Shown: in pieces, positions 29,614 to 38,068 of the stretch | Numbering within the stretch: the first letter of the stretch is position 1 | Layout: each line of letters begins with the position of its first letter | Assembly: GCA_964648105.1 (NCBI GenBank) | Contig: CAZYMH010000001.1 | Span: 143,999 to 207,998 of the forward strand | Direction: 5' to 3' | From: an uncultured Candidatus Saccharibacteria bacterium | GTDB taxonomy: Bacteria > Patescibacteriota > Saccharimonadia > Saccharimonadales > 2-12-FULL-41-12 | DNA length: 64,000 bases | Position numbers and translations under genes: made by a program | Notes under the pieces: generated by a model | Database searches by the model: none | Told to the model about the DNA's origin: nothing | What the model saw: the letters and a program-made list of their open reading frames with translations, nothing else

Positions 29614-30463
29614 ACTCGATTATTTTCGCAGCGACATTACGTCCTGTAACTTGCTCAATACCAAAACCTGGGCTGGCATTTACTTCTAAAACTAGTGGGC
29701 CACGATCAGAACGCATCATATCAACACCACATACTGGCAGTCCCATGGCTTTAGCGGCTTTTTGAGCAGTTTTACGCTCTTCATCTGTTAACTTAATAAT
29801 CGTACCTTCGCCGCCTTGGTGCAAATTTGACCTGAAATCATCGTCCAAACTCTGGCGTTGCATGCTCGCTACTACTTTACCACCGACAACAAATGCACGA
29901 ATGTCAGTTCCAGCCGATTCTTTAATAAATTCCTGGACTAAAAAGCTTACACCTTCGACATAAAATGCTTGCATTACCGCTTGAGCAGCCTTTTTTGTTT
30001 CACCCAATACTACACCTTTGCCATGAGTACCACGGGCAACCTTAATAATAAGTGGTGTGCCACCAGCTTGTTCGATAACATCGTCCAAATCAGCAGTCTC
30101 ACGAGCAAAAACAGTCTTTGGGATACCTACACCGTAGCGAGCTAAAATCTGAACACTGCGTAATTTGTCTCGAGATCTTGAAATGGCAATCGAACTAGCT
30201 GTCGAAAATGAATTTTGAGCTTCAAATTGCCGAACAATCGATGTGCCATATTTTGTTAAGCCCGAAGCAATTCGCGGAATTATCGCGTCAAAACCAGACA
30301 AATCCTCACCGTTATAGCGAATCACAGGTATATCACGCTGAATCGTGACATAACATTTAGCATAATTAATCACCCTTACGTCATGACCACGAGTTAAAGC
30401 CTCTTCTTTCAAACGTCTCGTTGAGTAATTAGCTGCCCCTTTTGATAAAATCGCTATTTTCAT
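29561..30463 (-). CDS. rimK: ATP-grasp ligase RimK (ribosomal protein S6 / alpha-L-glutamate ligase family)
   Basis: 300 aa. N-terminus is MKIAILS...YSTRRL, with an ATP-grasp core (GTHGKGV, VQEFI). Confidence 0.85.
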   Translation of the reverse strand: MKIAILSKGAANYSTRRLKEEALTRGHDVRVINYAKCYVTIQRDIPVIRYNGEDLSGFDAIIPRIASGLTKYGTSIVRQFEAQNSFSTASSIAISRSRDKLRSVQILARYGVGIPKTVFARETADLDDVIEQAGGTPLIIKVARGTHGKGVVLGETKKAAQAVMQAFYVEGVSFLVQEFIKESAGTDIRAFVVGGKVVASMQRQSLDDDFRSNLHQGGEGTIIKLTDEERKTAQKAAKAMGLPVCGVDMMRSDRGPLVLEVNASPGFGIEQVTGRNVAAKIIEYVENNAKGRRRKDRVGA

Positions 30464-30465
30464 AT

Positions 30466-30903
30466 TTAATCGTCCTTTTTAGCTAAAGATATCCCAGAGG
30501 TTTGCTTAACGTCAACCAAGAAATTATATGTCGCCAAAAACCGCCTACCAATTAAAAGTTGCGATTTCATCTCTGATCTGTCTGCAAGTGATAATGTAAT
30601 CGGATAAATACTGCCTCGAACATTTACTTTGGTATTAATAAAATATCTATCTTGTATATGCCCATTAGAGCTTTTCACACGCCCAGTCTTAAATTTATCT
30701 GCTTTATGCACAACTTCTGGGTGATCGAATGGCGAAAAAAACAAAACTTGTTTGCCATTTTTCTCATCCAGATGAATATTAGTACTATGCAATGCTCCTG
30801 TATATGCACCAGTATCAATTTTGGCTTTAATCCCGAGATTATCAAATTCAGGAAAAATTACATCTTCTACTATTCCGATTATTTTTAAATTGTTCAAATC
30901 CAT
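30466..30903 (-). CDS. Retropepsin-like 'ATP-dependent zinc protease' (DUF785/RimB-like) partner of RimK
   Basis: AKIDTGAYTGALHS motif. ATG at 30903 (MDLNNLKIIG...) is preferred over the track start at 30942. It sits 2 nt from rimK. Confidence 0.6.
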   Translation of the reverse strand: MDLNNLKIIGIVEDVIFPEFDNLGIKAKIDTGAYTGALHSTNIHLDEKNGKQVLFFSPFDHPEVVHKADKFKTGRVKSSNGHIQDRYFINTKVNVRGSIYPITLSLADRSEMKSQLLIGRRFLATYNFLVDVKQTSGISLAKKDD

Positions 30904-31158
30904 ATAAAAACAAATTATAGTACTTTTTGAGTAAAAAATCAATAATCATACAGTCTCTGCTTCGTTAGCCATTTTTGGCTTTTACTCTCATGTAGGCCAG
31001 GCCGACTACTACAACAATTAATACGACCATTATTACAATCATTGTTATAAAGCCTGATTCGTTTTTTTGTTTGTTCATAACTGACAAATATTATACCTAT
31101 GGAAAATTATTTTTCTAGTTTTTTGCACAAGCAGTTTGCATAAAATTTTTGTGTGTGT

Positions 31159-31371
31159 TATTTTTTAATCATTAATATACTAATATAAAAAGAATTAAAG
31201 GTTATGAAAAAGAAAACAACTCGTTCTAGAAGCAAAGTCAATTTGTTTCAATCAAATAGTCAAAGAAAAGGTGTCGGTAGAAAGTCTCTTTTTTTTGGTT
31301 CTAAGTTAGTTATGCTAGCCACCATGGTAGTTATTGTCGGTGTGGTATTGGGGGCTTTTGCTATATTACAG
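31159..31371 (+). repeat. Repeat A copy 1 (213 bp: 45 bp upstream region plus first 56 codons)
   Basis: Base-for-base identical by eye to 32993-33205 (offset 1834 bp). Confidence 0.9.
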
Positions 31372-32907
31372 AAGTCTAGAGGGTCGAATGCGGCGGTAGG
31401 CGATGTAGTGCCTGTCAACTGTAGTAAAACTGTTAGTGGTGGAGCCAGTGTGGCATCATCAATCAGTGGAATGGCTAACGGGCAAACTCTATGTCTAAGT
31501 GGCACATTTAATATGGGTGCAGTCAAAGTCAGCAATAGTGGCATTACAATTGCTTCAACACCTGGTCAACAGGCTACTCTTAATGGACAATTTAATATAA
31601 GTGGTAGTAATAACAAATTTTTGAACCTAAAAATTGATGGCCGTGGTGTGAACTCAGGTACAATCTTGCTTTATAGTGGAGCAAATAACAACTTATTTAA
31701 AGCTAATGACGTTACATCGACTGCTCCTAACAAATCTTCGACAGACCAAAACGACCGACAAGGAATTTGCTTTAACATCGGTGAATCTGGTGCTGTAGCT
31801 GCCTCTGGTCCTCAAAACACCACAATCGAACAAAACAGAATATTTAACTGTGGTTGGGGCAAATATGACCAAGCTCTATACCTTGCAGGTGCAAGATACA
31901 CTCGAGTAGTCAATAACTTTATATACGACAACCCAATGTTCGGTTTGCAGTTCTTCCCTGATAGCGATAATGCGACAGTTGAAAATAACGTGTTTTACAA
32001 CAACGCTGCTGGAGTTACATTCTCTAGTGGATTCGGCAAACAATCTGAAAATAACATTCTTCGAAATAATATTATCGGCAACAGCGGTGGCAACTACTAT
32101 GGTATGGGCTACAAAGACTCTACCTCTTGGGGTGCAGCCGATGTTAATCACTGGTGGGGTTCAGGTACAGGTGCTGGCAACCAAGCAACTGGTAACTGTC
32201 TATTTGGTAGAGGCATAGAAAGTAATCCTGACGGCTACACAGTAAGTAATAATACTAAAGTTAGTGACCCTATGTTTATCAATGCTGGTGGCAAAGACTT
32301 CGGCTTAAAAGCTGGCAGCCCCTGCACTGGCAAAGGTATCCAAACTTCATCATCGACTAATCCAACTAGCACAAGTCCCACTCCAACCCCTACCTCGCCA
32401 ACTACGACTTCTCCAACACCGACTACACCAACTCCTACAAGTCCAACTCCACAATCTCCAACAGGCAGTCTAAACTTCAAAAACTTCACACCTTGGACAG
32501 CTTATGAAGGTTACGACTTAAAGAATGATGGTAAGACTATAACTAGAAATAACACCGATACTTTACTAGTAAAGTACAACAAAGGTACTTGGGCTAATGG
32601 ACATTATGGTGGTTACTGTATAACTCGAGCTGCTGGTAGTCCTCAACCTAAGTCAATCACCTTTACTGCTGAATACAACAGTTGGGGTGGCAACAGTGTC
32701 TACTTCTACCCTGGAAGTTCTAACAATAAGAAATGGGTAGTTGGTAATACTTATGGCGTAACCAAGAAGAGTACTCAAACAGTTACTTTAGGTACAGAGA
32801 CCAAATACTGTTTCGGTAACGTAGTTAACTTCCCAAGTGGTGCAGCCTTCTCAAGCTTTGACAACGACAGGTTCCTAAAAGTTACTGGCTATACCTTCAA
32901 TTACTAG
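31204..32907 (+). CDS. Secreted/anchored right-handed beta-helix (PbH1-repeat, pectate-lyase-fold) protein with P/T linker and unassigned C-terminal domain
   Basis: 567 aa. A basic tail plus TM signal anchor comes first. It is followed by repeated NN-I/V-x-x-N beta-helix rungs (VVNNFIYDN, VENNVFYNN, LRNNIIGN). Next is a TSPTPTPTSPTTTSPTPTTPTPTSPTP linker, then a ~145-aa C-terminal domain ending TGYTFNY. Confidence 0.7.
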   Translation: MKKKTTRSRSKVNLFQSNSQRKGVGRKSLFFGSKLVMLATMVVIVGVVLGAFAILQKSRGSNAAVGDVVPVNCSKTVSGGASVASSISGMANGQTLCLSGTFNMGAVKVSNSGITIASTPGQQATLNGQFNISGSNNKFLNLKIDGRGVNSGTILLYSGANNNLFKANDVTSTAPNKSSTDQNDRQGICFNIGESGAVAASGPQNTTIEQNRIFNCGWGKYDQALYLAGARYTRVVNNFIYDNPMFGLQFFPDSDNATVENNVFYNNAAGVTFSSGFGKQSENNILRNNIIGNSGGNYYGMGYKDSTSWGAADVNHWWGSGTGAGNQATGNCLFGRGIESNPDGYTVSNNTKVSDPMFINAGGKDFGLKAGSPCTGKGIQTSSSTNPTSTSPTPTPTSPTTTSPTPTTPTPTSPTPQSPTGSLNFKNFTPWTAYEGYDLKNDGKTITRNNTDTLLVKYNKGTWANGHYGGYCITRAAGSPQPKSITFTAEYNSWGGNSVYFYPGSSNNKKWVVGNTYGVTKKSTQTVTLGTETKYCFGNVVNFPSGAAFSSFDNDRFLKVTGYTFNY

Positions 32908-32911
32908 ATTA

Positions 32912-32956
32912 AATGCCTGTGCTTACCTTTTAGGCACAGGCATTGTTACTTTTTTA
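32912..32956 (+). terminator. Rho-independent terminator after the beta-helix gene
   Basis: AATGCCTGTGC (32912-32922) pairs with GCACAGGCATT (32934-32944), followed by a T-rich run. Confidence 0.75.
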
Positions 32957-32992
32957 AAGCTTAAGCGGTTTACATATACTGACTATCCATGG

Positions 32993-33205
32993 TATTTTTT
33001 AATCATTAATATACTAATATAAAAAGAATTAAAGGTTATGAAAAAGAAAACAACTCGTTCTAGAAGCAAAGTCAATTTGTTTCAATCAAATAGTCAAAGA
33101 AAAGGTGTCGGTAGAAAGTCTCTTTTTTTTGGTTCTAAGTTAGTTATGCTAGCCACCATGGTAGTTATTGTCGGTGTGGTATTGGGGGCTTTTGCTATAT
33201 TACAG
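32993..33205 (+). repeat. Repeat A copy 2
   Basis: Identical to 31159-31371. The encoded N-termini are identical for 56 aa. Confidence 0.9.
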
Positions 33206-34468
33206 CATTCAAGAGATTCTAAGGCAGCGACAGGCATGATTCTCAACATACCATTTGATACTGACTTTTCTGGTCAGGGTTTACAACGAGTGTCATCTGA
33301 CAGACTACGGATTGTTTCTCAAGCGGATAATGGCGTAAAGCCTGTGCAAGGTGCTGGTATGGCTCGTATTGAACTCCGAAAGGGAGATAATCCACTAGCT
33401 CAGTGGTGTTGTGCTAATACTGCTAGAAGTGAGTTTACTACTCAGACTAACGAACAGAAGGGTGAGAATCGTTGGTACTCTTGGTCATCAATGTTTGATC
33501 CAACCTTCCCAAGTTATCCAACTCAACCGGCAAATGGTGGCTGGCAAATATTCTTACAGTGGCATGGTAATGACAGTGTATCACCACCAATGGCCTTCTT
33601 TGCCTCCAATGATAATATTGCTCTTGGGGTAAGTGATGGTTCTAGATGGAATTACTATTGGCAAGCTCCCATGAATCGTGGTTCATGGCACAACTTTAAA
33701 ATGCACGTAACCTGGGGAGACTCAGGAAGAATTGAACTATGGCATAACGGTAGTAAAGTACTAGATAAGTCTGGGGTTGATAACATTACTAGTCCTCCAC
33801 TATATGTAAAAGGCGGTATGTACAGAAATGATGATTTAGCAAAGACAGCTATTTTATATATGGATAGCTTTAAGATGGCTTGGGACGAAGCATCGCTTGG
33901 TAGTGTACCAACTAATAATACTGGTACACCAGTTGTACCTACGCAGACCGCACCAGCTCCTACACCCACAGTAGAGACCAACACTGCTAGTCCTAGCCCA
34001 GCTCCTACACCCGTAGCGACATCATCTACACTTGCTCCCAACGACTGGTCAAAATGGGAAAAAGGCGAAGGAGTGGTTAACAGTACAGTTTCAACACCCA
34101 TGACACTAAGTAACAGCAGAAATCTTTTGGTACAATTCGATAGCAACAAAAGGGGTTATAAATCCAATCAATATGGCAGATATTGTATTGCACGACCAGC
34201 CGGGTCAGCAGTTCCTAAATCTATAACCTTCACAGCTAATGTAAACGCGAAATATGGTAACACAGTTTACTTCTATGCAGATGATTCTGATAAGAAATTA
34301 TGGACTATAGATAATACTGGCGGTAAAACACAGTCAAAGACCGCAACAGTTACTCTTGGTCAACAGTCTAGATACTGCTTTGGTAATGTATCGATTCCAA
34401 GCTTTGGTAATAGTACATATGGCAGCAGTCGGTTGATTCAGGTCACCAACTATAAATTTAACTACTAA
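33038..34468 (+). CDS. Secreted/anchored concanavalin-like polysaccharide lyase-family (PF14099-like) protein with P/T linker and C-terminal domain homologous to that of 31204-32907
   Basis: 476 aa. The core contains WYSWSSMF, WQIFLQWHG, SWHNFKMHVTW..G.IELWHNG and YVKGGMYR, typical of the heparin-lyase-like/PL20-type fold. The C-terminus carries YCIARPAG...SITFTA...YCFGNV...VTNYKFNY. Confidence 0.65.
   Translation: MKKKTTRSRSKVNLFQSNSQRKGVGRKSLFFGSKLVMLATMVVIVGVVLGAFAILQHSRDSKAATGMILNIPFDTDFSGQGLQRVSSDRLRIVSQADNGVKPVQGAGMARIELRKGDNPLAQWCCANTARSEFTTQTNEQKGENRWYSWSSMFDPTFPSYPTQPANGGWQIFLQWHGNDSVSPPMAFFASNDNIALGVSDGSRWNYYWQAPMNRGSWHNFKMHVTWGDSGRIELWHNGSKVLDKSGVDNITSPPLYVKGGMYRNDDLAKTAILYMDSFKMAWDEASLGSVPTNNTGTPVVPTQTAPAPTPTVETNTASPSPAPTPVATSSTLAPNDWSKWEKGEGVVNSTVSTPMTLSNSRNLLVQFDSNKRGYKSNQYGRYCIARPAGSAVPKSITFTANVNAKYGNTVYFYADDSDKKLWTIDNTGGKTQSKTATVTLGQQSRYCFGNVSIPSFGNSTYGSSRLIQVTNYKFNY
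33188..33946 (+). repeat. Repeat B copy 1 (759 bp, lyase-like core)
   Basis: Base-for-base identical by eye to 34673-35431 (offset 1485 bp). The out-of-frame track ORFs 33411-33632 and 34896-35117 are identical, which corroborates this. Confidence 0.9.
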
Positions 34469-34564
34469 AAACTTAATAAATAAACCTCGAAGAAACTTCT
34501 AGGTTAACAAACTAAGGTGTATAGTAATCTTATATATGAGTTTTGAAAAATAATTGAAGCTAAA

Positions 34565-36370
34565 ATGAAATCCAATAGTCAACAAAAAGGTGTAGGCAGA
34601 AAATCCCTACTATTTAGCTCCAAATTAGTAATGTTGGCTATGGCATTAATAATTATTGGTGCAGCCTTTGGAGCTTTTGCTATATTACAGCATTCAAGAG
34701 ATTCTAAGGCAGCGACAGGCATGATTCTCAACATACCATTTGATACTGACTTTTCTGGTCAGGGTTTACAACGAGTGTCATCTGACAGACTACGGATTGT
34801 TTCTCAAGCGGATAATGGCGTAAAGCCTGTGCAAGGTGCTGGTATGGCTCGTATTGAACTCCGAAAGGGAGATAATCCACTAGCTCAGTGGTGTTGTGCT
34901 AATACTGCTAGAAGTGAGTTTACTACTCAGACTAACGAACAGAAGGGTGAGAATCGTTGGTACTCTTGGTCATCAATGTTTGATCCAACCTTCCCAAGTT
35001 ATCCAACTCAACCGGCAAATGGTGGCTGGCAAATATTCTTACAGTGGCATGGTAATGACAGTGTATCACCACCAATGGCCTTCTTTGCCTCCAATGATAA
35101 TATTGCTCTTGGGGTAAGTGATGGTTCTAGATGGAATTACTATTGGCAAGCTCCCATGAATCGTGGTTCATGGCACAACTTTAAAATGCACGTAACCTGG
35201 GGAGACTCAGGAAGAATTGAACTATGGCATAACGGTAGTAAAGTACTAGATAAGTCTGGGGTTGATAACATTACTAGTCCTCCACTATATGTAAAAGGCG
35301 GTATGTACAGAAATGATGATTTAGCAAAGACAGCTATTTTATATATGGATAGCTTTAAGATGGCTTGGGACGAAGCATCGCTTGGTAGTGTACCAACTAA
35401 TAATACTGGTACACCAGTTGTACCTACGCAGCCACCGCCACAGCAGCAACAACGTAAACCTTACCTAGGCAATAATTGGCCGATACCTGGCAAGATCGAA
35501 GCTGAAAACTACGACGAAGGTGGTGAGGGTGTAGCTTATCATGATTTGAGTTCTTCAAATCAGGGCGGCAAATATCGTTCTGACGGGGTAGATATAGAAA
35601 ATTCTAGCGAGGGAGGCTTTAATGTTGGGTGGAACGAACCAGGTGAGTGGCAAGAATATACAGCTAACGTACAGGCTGGCAAATACAACATAGACATGAG
35701 AGTTGGATCAGCTATTGCTACAGGTAAAATCACCTTAAAACTAGACGGTACAACAATCGCAACTGCCAATATTCCTAACACTGGTGAGTGGCAAAAATAC
35801 CAAACAATTAGCTTACAAAATATTAGCCTACCTGGAGGCAATGGTAAAAAACTACGAGCTGAGGTAACAGGCTCTTCCTATACACTTAATTGGATAAACT
35901 TTAGTCTGGTCTCTTCTAGCCAACAGCCGGGAGGACCTATTACACCGCCAACAACTCCACCAAATAACCCAACCAATCCAAGCTCGGTTCCACTTGTTAC
36001 TATTGCTGGATCAGGGGTTAATAAAATTGTACCTATACCCAATACAGTCAAACCTAACCAGTCTGGACAATTCATTGCTGATTTTGATGGTGATGGTAAT
36101 AATGATGTAGCAGTCGATATAAATGGTGACGGCAACATCGATACTTCCTCTGAGCTAATCACCAACTTTGATAACCAATATGATAGCCCGCAAATTGTTC
36201 AAGGTGAAAAAATACCAAATAATTATATTGATATTGGTATTGGCCCACTGCCCGAAACAAAAGTATCTAAAAAGTTACTTTACTTATTTGCAACTATTCA
36301 AGCCCTATCTCTAACTGCATTTTCAGCAAAATTATATTCACAAAAATTAGCAAGATTAATCAAGTCTTAA
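34565..36370 (+). CDS. Anchored polysaccharide lyase-family core plus CBM6-like carbohydrate-binding module, P-rich linker and C-terminal hydrophobic tail
   Basis: 601 aa. The core is identical to 33038-34468. It is followed by GKIEAENYDEGGEGVAYHDLS...GEWQEY...GEWQKY (CBM6/35-type), then PGGPITPPTTPPNNPTNP, then DGDGNNDVAVDINGDGNID (a Ca-binding-like loop). The C-terminal hydrophobic segment is LLYLFATIQALSLTAF. Confidence 0.65.
   Translation: MKSNSQQKGVGRKSLLFSSKLVMLAMALIIIGAAFGAFAILQHSRDSKAATGMILNIPFDTDFSGQGLQRVSSDRLRIVSQADNGVKPVQGAGMARIELRKGDNPLAQWCCANTARSEFTTQTNEQKGENRWYSWSSMFDPTFPSYPTQPANGGWQIFLQWHGNDSVSPPMAFFASNDNIALGVSDGSRWNYYWQAPMNRGSWHNFKMHVTWGDSGRIELWHNGSKVLDKSGVDNITSPPLYVKGGMYRNDDLAKTAILYMDSFKMAWDEASLGSVPTNNTGTPVVPTQPPPQQQQRKPYLGNNWPIPGKIEAENYDEGGEGVAYHDLSSSNQGGKYRSDGVDIENSSEGGFNVGWNEPGEWQEYTANVQAGKYNIDMRVGSAIATGKITLKLDGTTIATANIPNTGEWQKYQTISLQNISLPGGNGKKLRAEVTGSSYTLNWINFSLVSSSQQPGGPITPPTTPPNNPTNPSSVPLVTIAGSGVNKIVPIPNTVKPNQSGQFIADFDGDGNNDVAVDINGDGNIDTSSELITNFDNQYDSPQIVQGEKIPNNYIDIGIGPLPETKVSKKLLYLFATIQALSLTAFSAKLYSQKLARLIKS
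34673..35431 (+). repeat. Repeat B copy 2
   Basis: Identical to 33188-33946. Confidence 0.9.
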
Positions 36371-37473
36371 ATTCCGAAGAATGATTTTTTTGAACTTTCT
36401 CTAAACTCTTCTAAAAGTTCCTTCTGTTTTTTGGAAATTTTAGTTGGTGTATCTACGATTATTGTAACAATCTGAGATCCACGATTACCCGTCTTTAAAT
36501 GCGGCACACCATGACCAGATAGTTTAAAATCAGTTCCGCTCTGGGTACCAGCCGGAATTTTCATAACAACCTCACCGTCGACAGTGTCTACTTTTATATC
36601 AGTACCTAGGACCGCATCAACCATGCCAACATGTTCACGGCTAAGTATTAATTGACCTTCACGTGTAAACTTTTTGTGCGGCCTGACCCTGACATGCACG
36701 TACATGTCGCCTTTTTTGCCGTTAGCAACTGCCTCACCTTTTTCGCTTAAACGAATTGTAGCTCCATCATCTATGCCAGCTGGAATTTTAAGCTTGATTG
36801 CTTGATTGGTTTTTTTAGTACCTTTGCCATGACAAACACTACATGCAACTTCAGGTACCTTACCAGTTCCACGGCAGGTCTTACAAGTAATAGCTTGTTG
36901 AATATTACCAAACACAGTTCGCACAGCCTGTACTACTTGGCCGGAACCTTTGCAGGTATCACAAACTTTCAATTCATGGCCTGGTTCGGCCGTTGTACCT
37001 TTGCAATGTTCACAAACATCTTCCAAATTCACCCTAATATCATGCTCTAGCCCAAATATAGCATTTTCAAATGTTATTTCGACTGCCGTTTCGACATCAT
37101 TACCGCGTGCTTCACGGCTGCTACGTCTTTGTTGGCTGCCGCCGAACCCGCCGCCAAACAAATCACCCAAAATATCGCCAAAATCAAAGTGCATTTCTTG
37201 AGCATTACCGCCAAAACCACCAAAACCTTCAAACGGATTGCCACCACCAGCTGCTCCACCGACACCTGAATGACCAAACTGGTCGTAGCGTTGACGTTTA
37301 TTGGAATCTTTTAATACTTCGTAAGCCTCATTTATCTCTTTAAATGCTTTATCATCGCCACCTGTTTTGTCAGGATGGTGTTCGACAGCTTTTCTACGAA
37401 AGGCTTTTTTTATTTCATCGTCTGAGGCTGTTTTATTAACCCCTAAGACTTCATAATAATCACGTTTAGACAT
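36367..37473 (-). CDS. dnaJ: Molecular chaperone DnaJ
   Basis: 368 aa with a J domain (DYYEVLGV...HPDK), a G/F region and four CxxCxGxG zinc motifs. Confidence 0.95.
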   Translation of the reverse strand: MSKRDYYEVLGVNKTASDDEIKKAFRRKAVEHHPDKTGGDDKAFKEINEAYEVLKDSNKRQRYDQFGHSGVGGAAGGGNPFEGFGGFGGNAQEMHFDFGDILGDLFGGGFGGSQQRRSSREARGNDVETAVEITFENAIFGLEHDIRVNLEDVCEHCKGTTAEPGHELKVCDTCKGSGQVVQAVRTVFGNIQQAITCKTCRGTGKVPEVACSVCHGKGTKKTNQAIKLKIPAGIDDGATIRLSEKGEAVANGKKGDMYVHVRVRPHKKFTREGQLILSREHVGMVDAVLGTDIKVDTVDGEVVMKIPAGTQSGTDFKLSGHGVPHLKTGNRGSQIVTIIVDTPTKISKKQKELLEEFRESSKKSFFGI

Positions 37474-37492
37474 ACCTCTATATAATACAAAA

Positions 37493-37519
37493 CTAGCACT
37501 CCATATTCAAGAGTGCTAG
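37493..37519 (-). promoter_or_regulatory. CIRCE operator (HrcA site) upstream of dnaJ
   Basis: CTAGCACTC-CATATTCAA-GAGTGCTAG. This matches the consensus TTAGCACTC-N9-GAGTGCTAA apart from the outermost position of each arm. It lies 20 nt upstream of the dnaJ start. Confidence 0.8.
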
Positions 37520-37538
37520 TTTTCAAGTTTAAAGTATG

Positions 37539-37934
37539 TTAGACTTCTGGGTGCTTTTGACCGATGGTCACTAACTTAGCTACGCCCCAACCGATTAAGG
37601 CATAAACTAACATGGCTACCACTGAGCTAACCTCAAAAACAGATTTGCCATAAGTTGGTTCATAACCAAAAATACCATAAAATGGCCAAGCAAACACTCC
37701 GCTAACACCGTAAACTAGGTCTACAAAAGCGTTGCCTTTATTTGCTCCTAATAGCAATAACAGTACCCTTAATGCTAGCATCACGATAATAAAGCCAACA
37801 ATATACCAAATAACTCGACTTAGTACAGTGGTGCCAGATGCCGTGTTACTTGTTGCGACAGTTTGTCGCCTGACATTGGTGTTACCATCTACAGCATTCG
37901 TTTCTCTTACTTCTGTTGTTTGTTCTTCTTGCAT
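37539..37934 (-). CDS. Small integral membrane protein
   Basis: 131 aa with 3 hydrophobic helices after a polar N-terminus. It is preceded by the strong SD AAGGAGGGGAAAC. Confidence 0.45.
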   Translation of the reverse strand: MQEEQTTEVRETNAVDGNTNVRRQTVATSNTASGTTVLSRVIWYIVGFIIVMLALRVLLLLLGANKGNAFVDLVYGVSGVFAWPFYGIFGYEPTYGKSVFEVSSVVAMLVYALIGWGVAKLVTIGQKHPEV

Positions 37935-38068
37935 GTTTCCCCTCCTTATTAGGATTAATGCTTGTAACTATATATTACACCCAAATTCAATAATATATGT
38001 TATCCGCTCCATTGATTTTTGATATTTTTTATGATTAATTTAAGACATTCCATAACTAAGGAGGGGAA

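Noticed and set aside
30965-31077. Apparent small TM-protein ORF (MNKQKNESGFITMIVIMVV...) on the minus strand between the rimK block and the beta-helix gene
   Set aside because: Careful re-reading shows an in-frame TAA after 19 codons (GTC GTA TAA). It is too short and unsupported to call.
33188-35431. The identical 759-bp repeats as a diversity-generating retroelement template/variable pair
   Set aside because: The copies are 100% identical, with no adenine-specific substitutions. Both are in-frame coding cores, and no reverse transcriptase gene is in the window.
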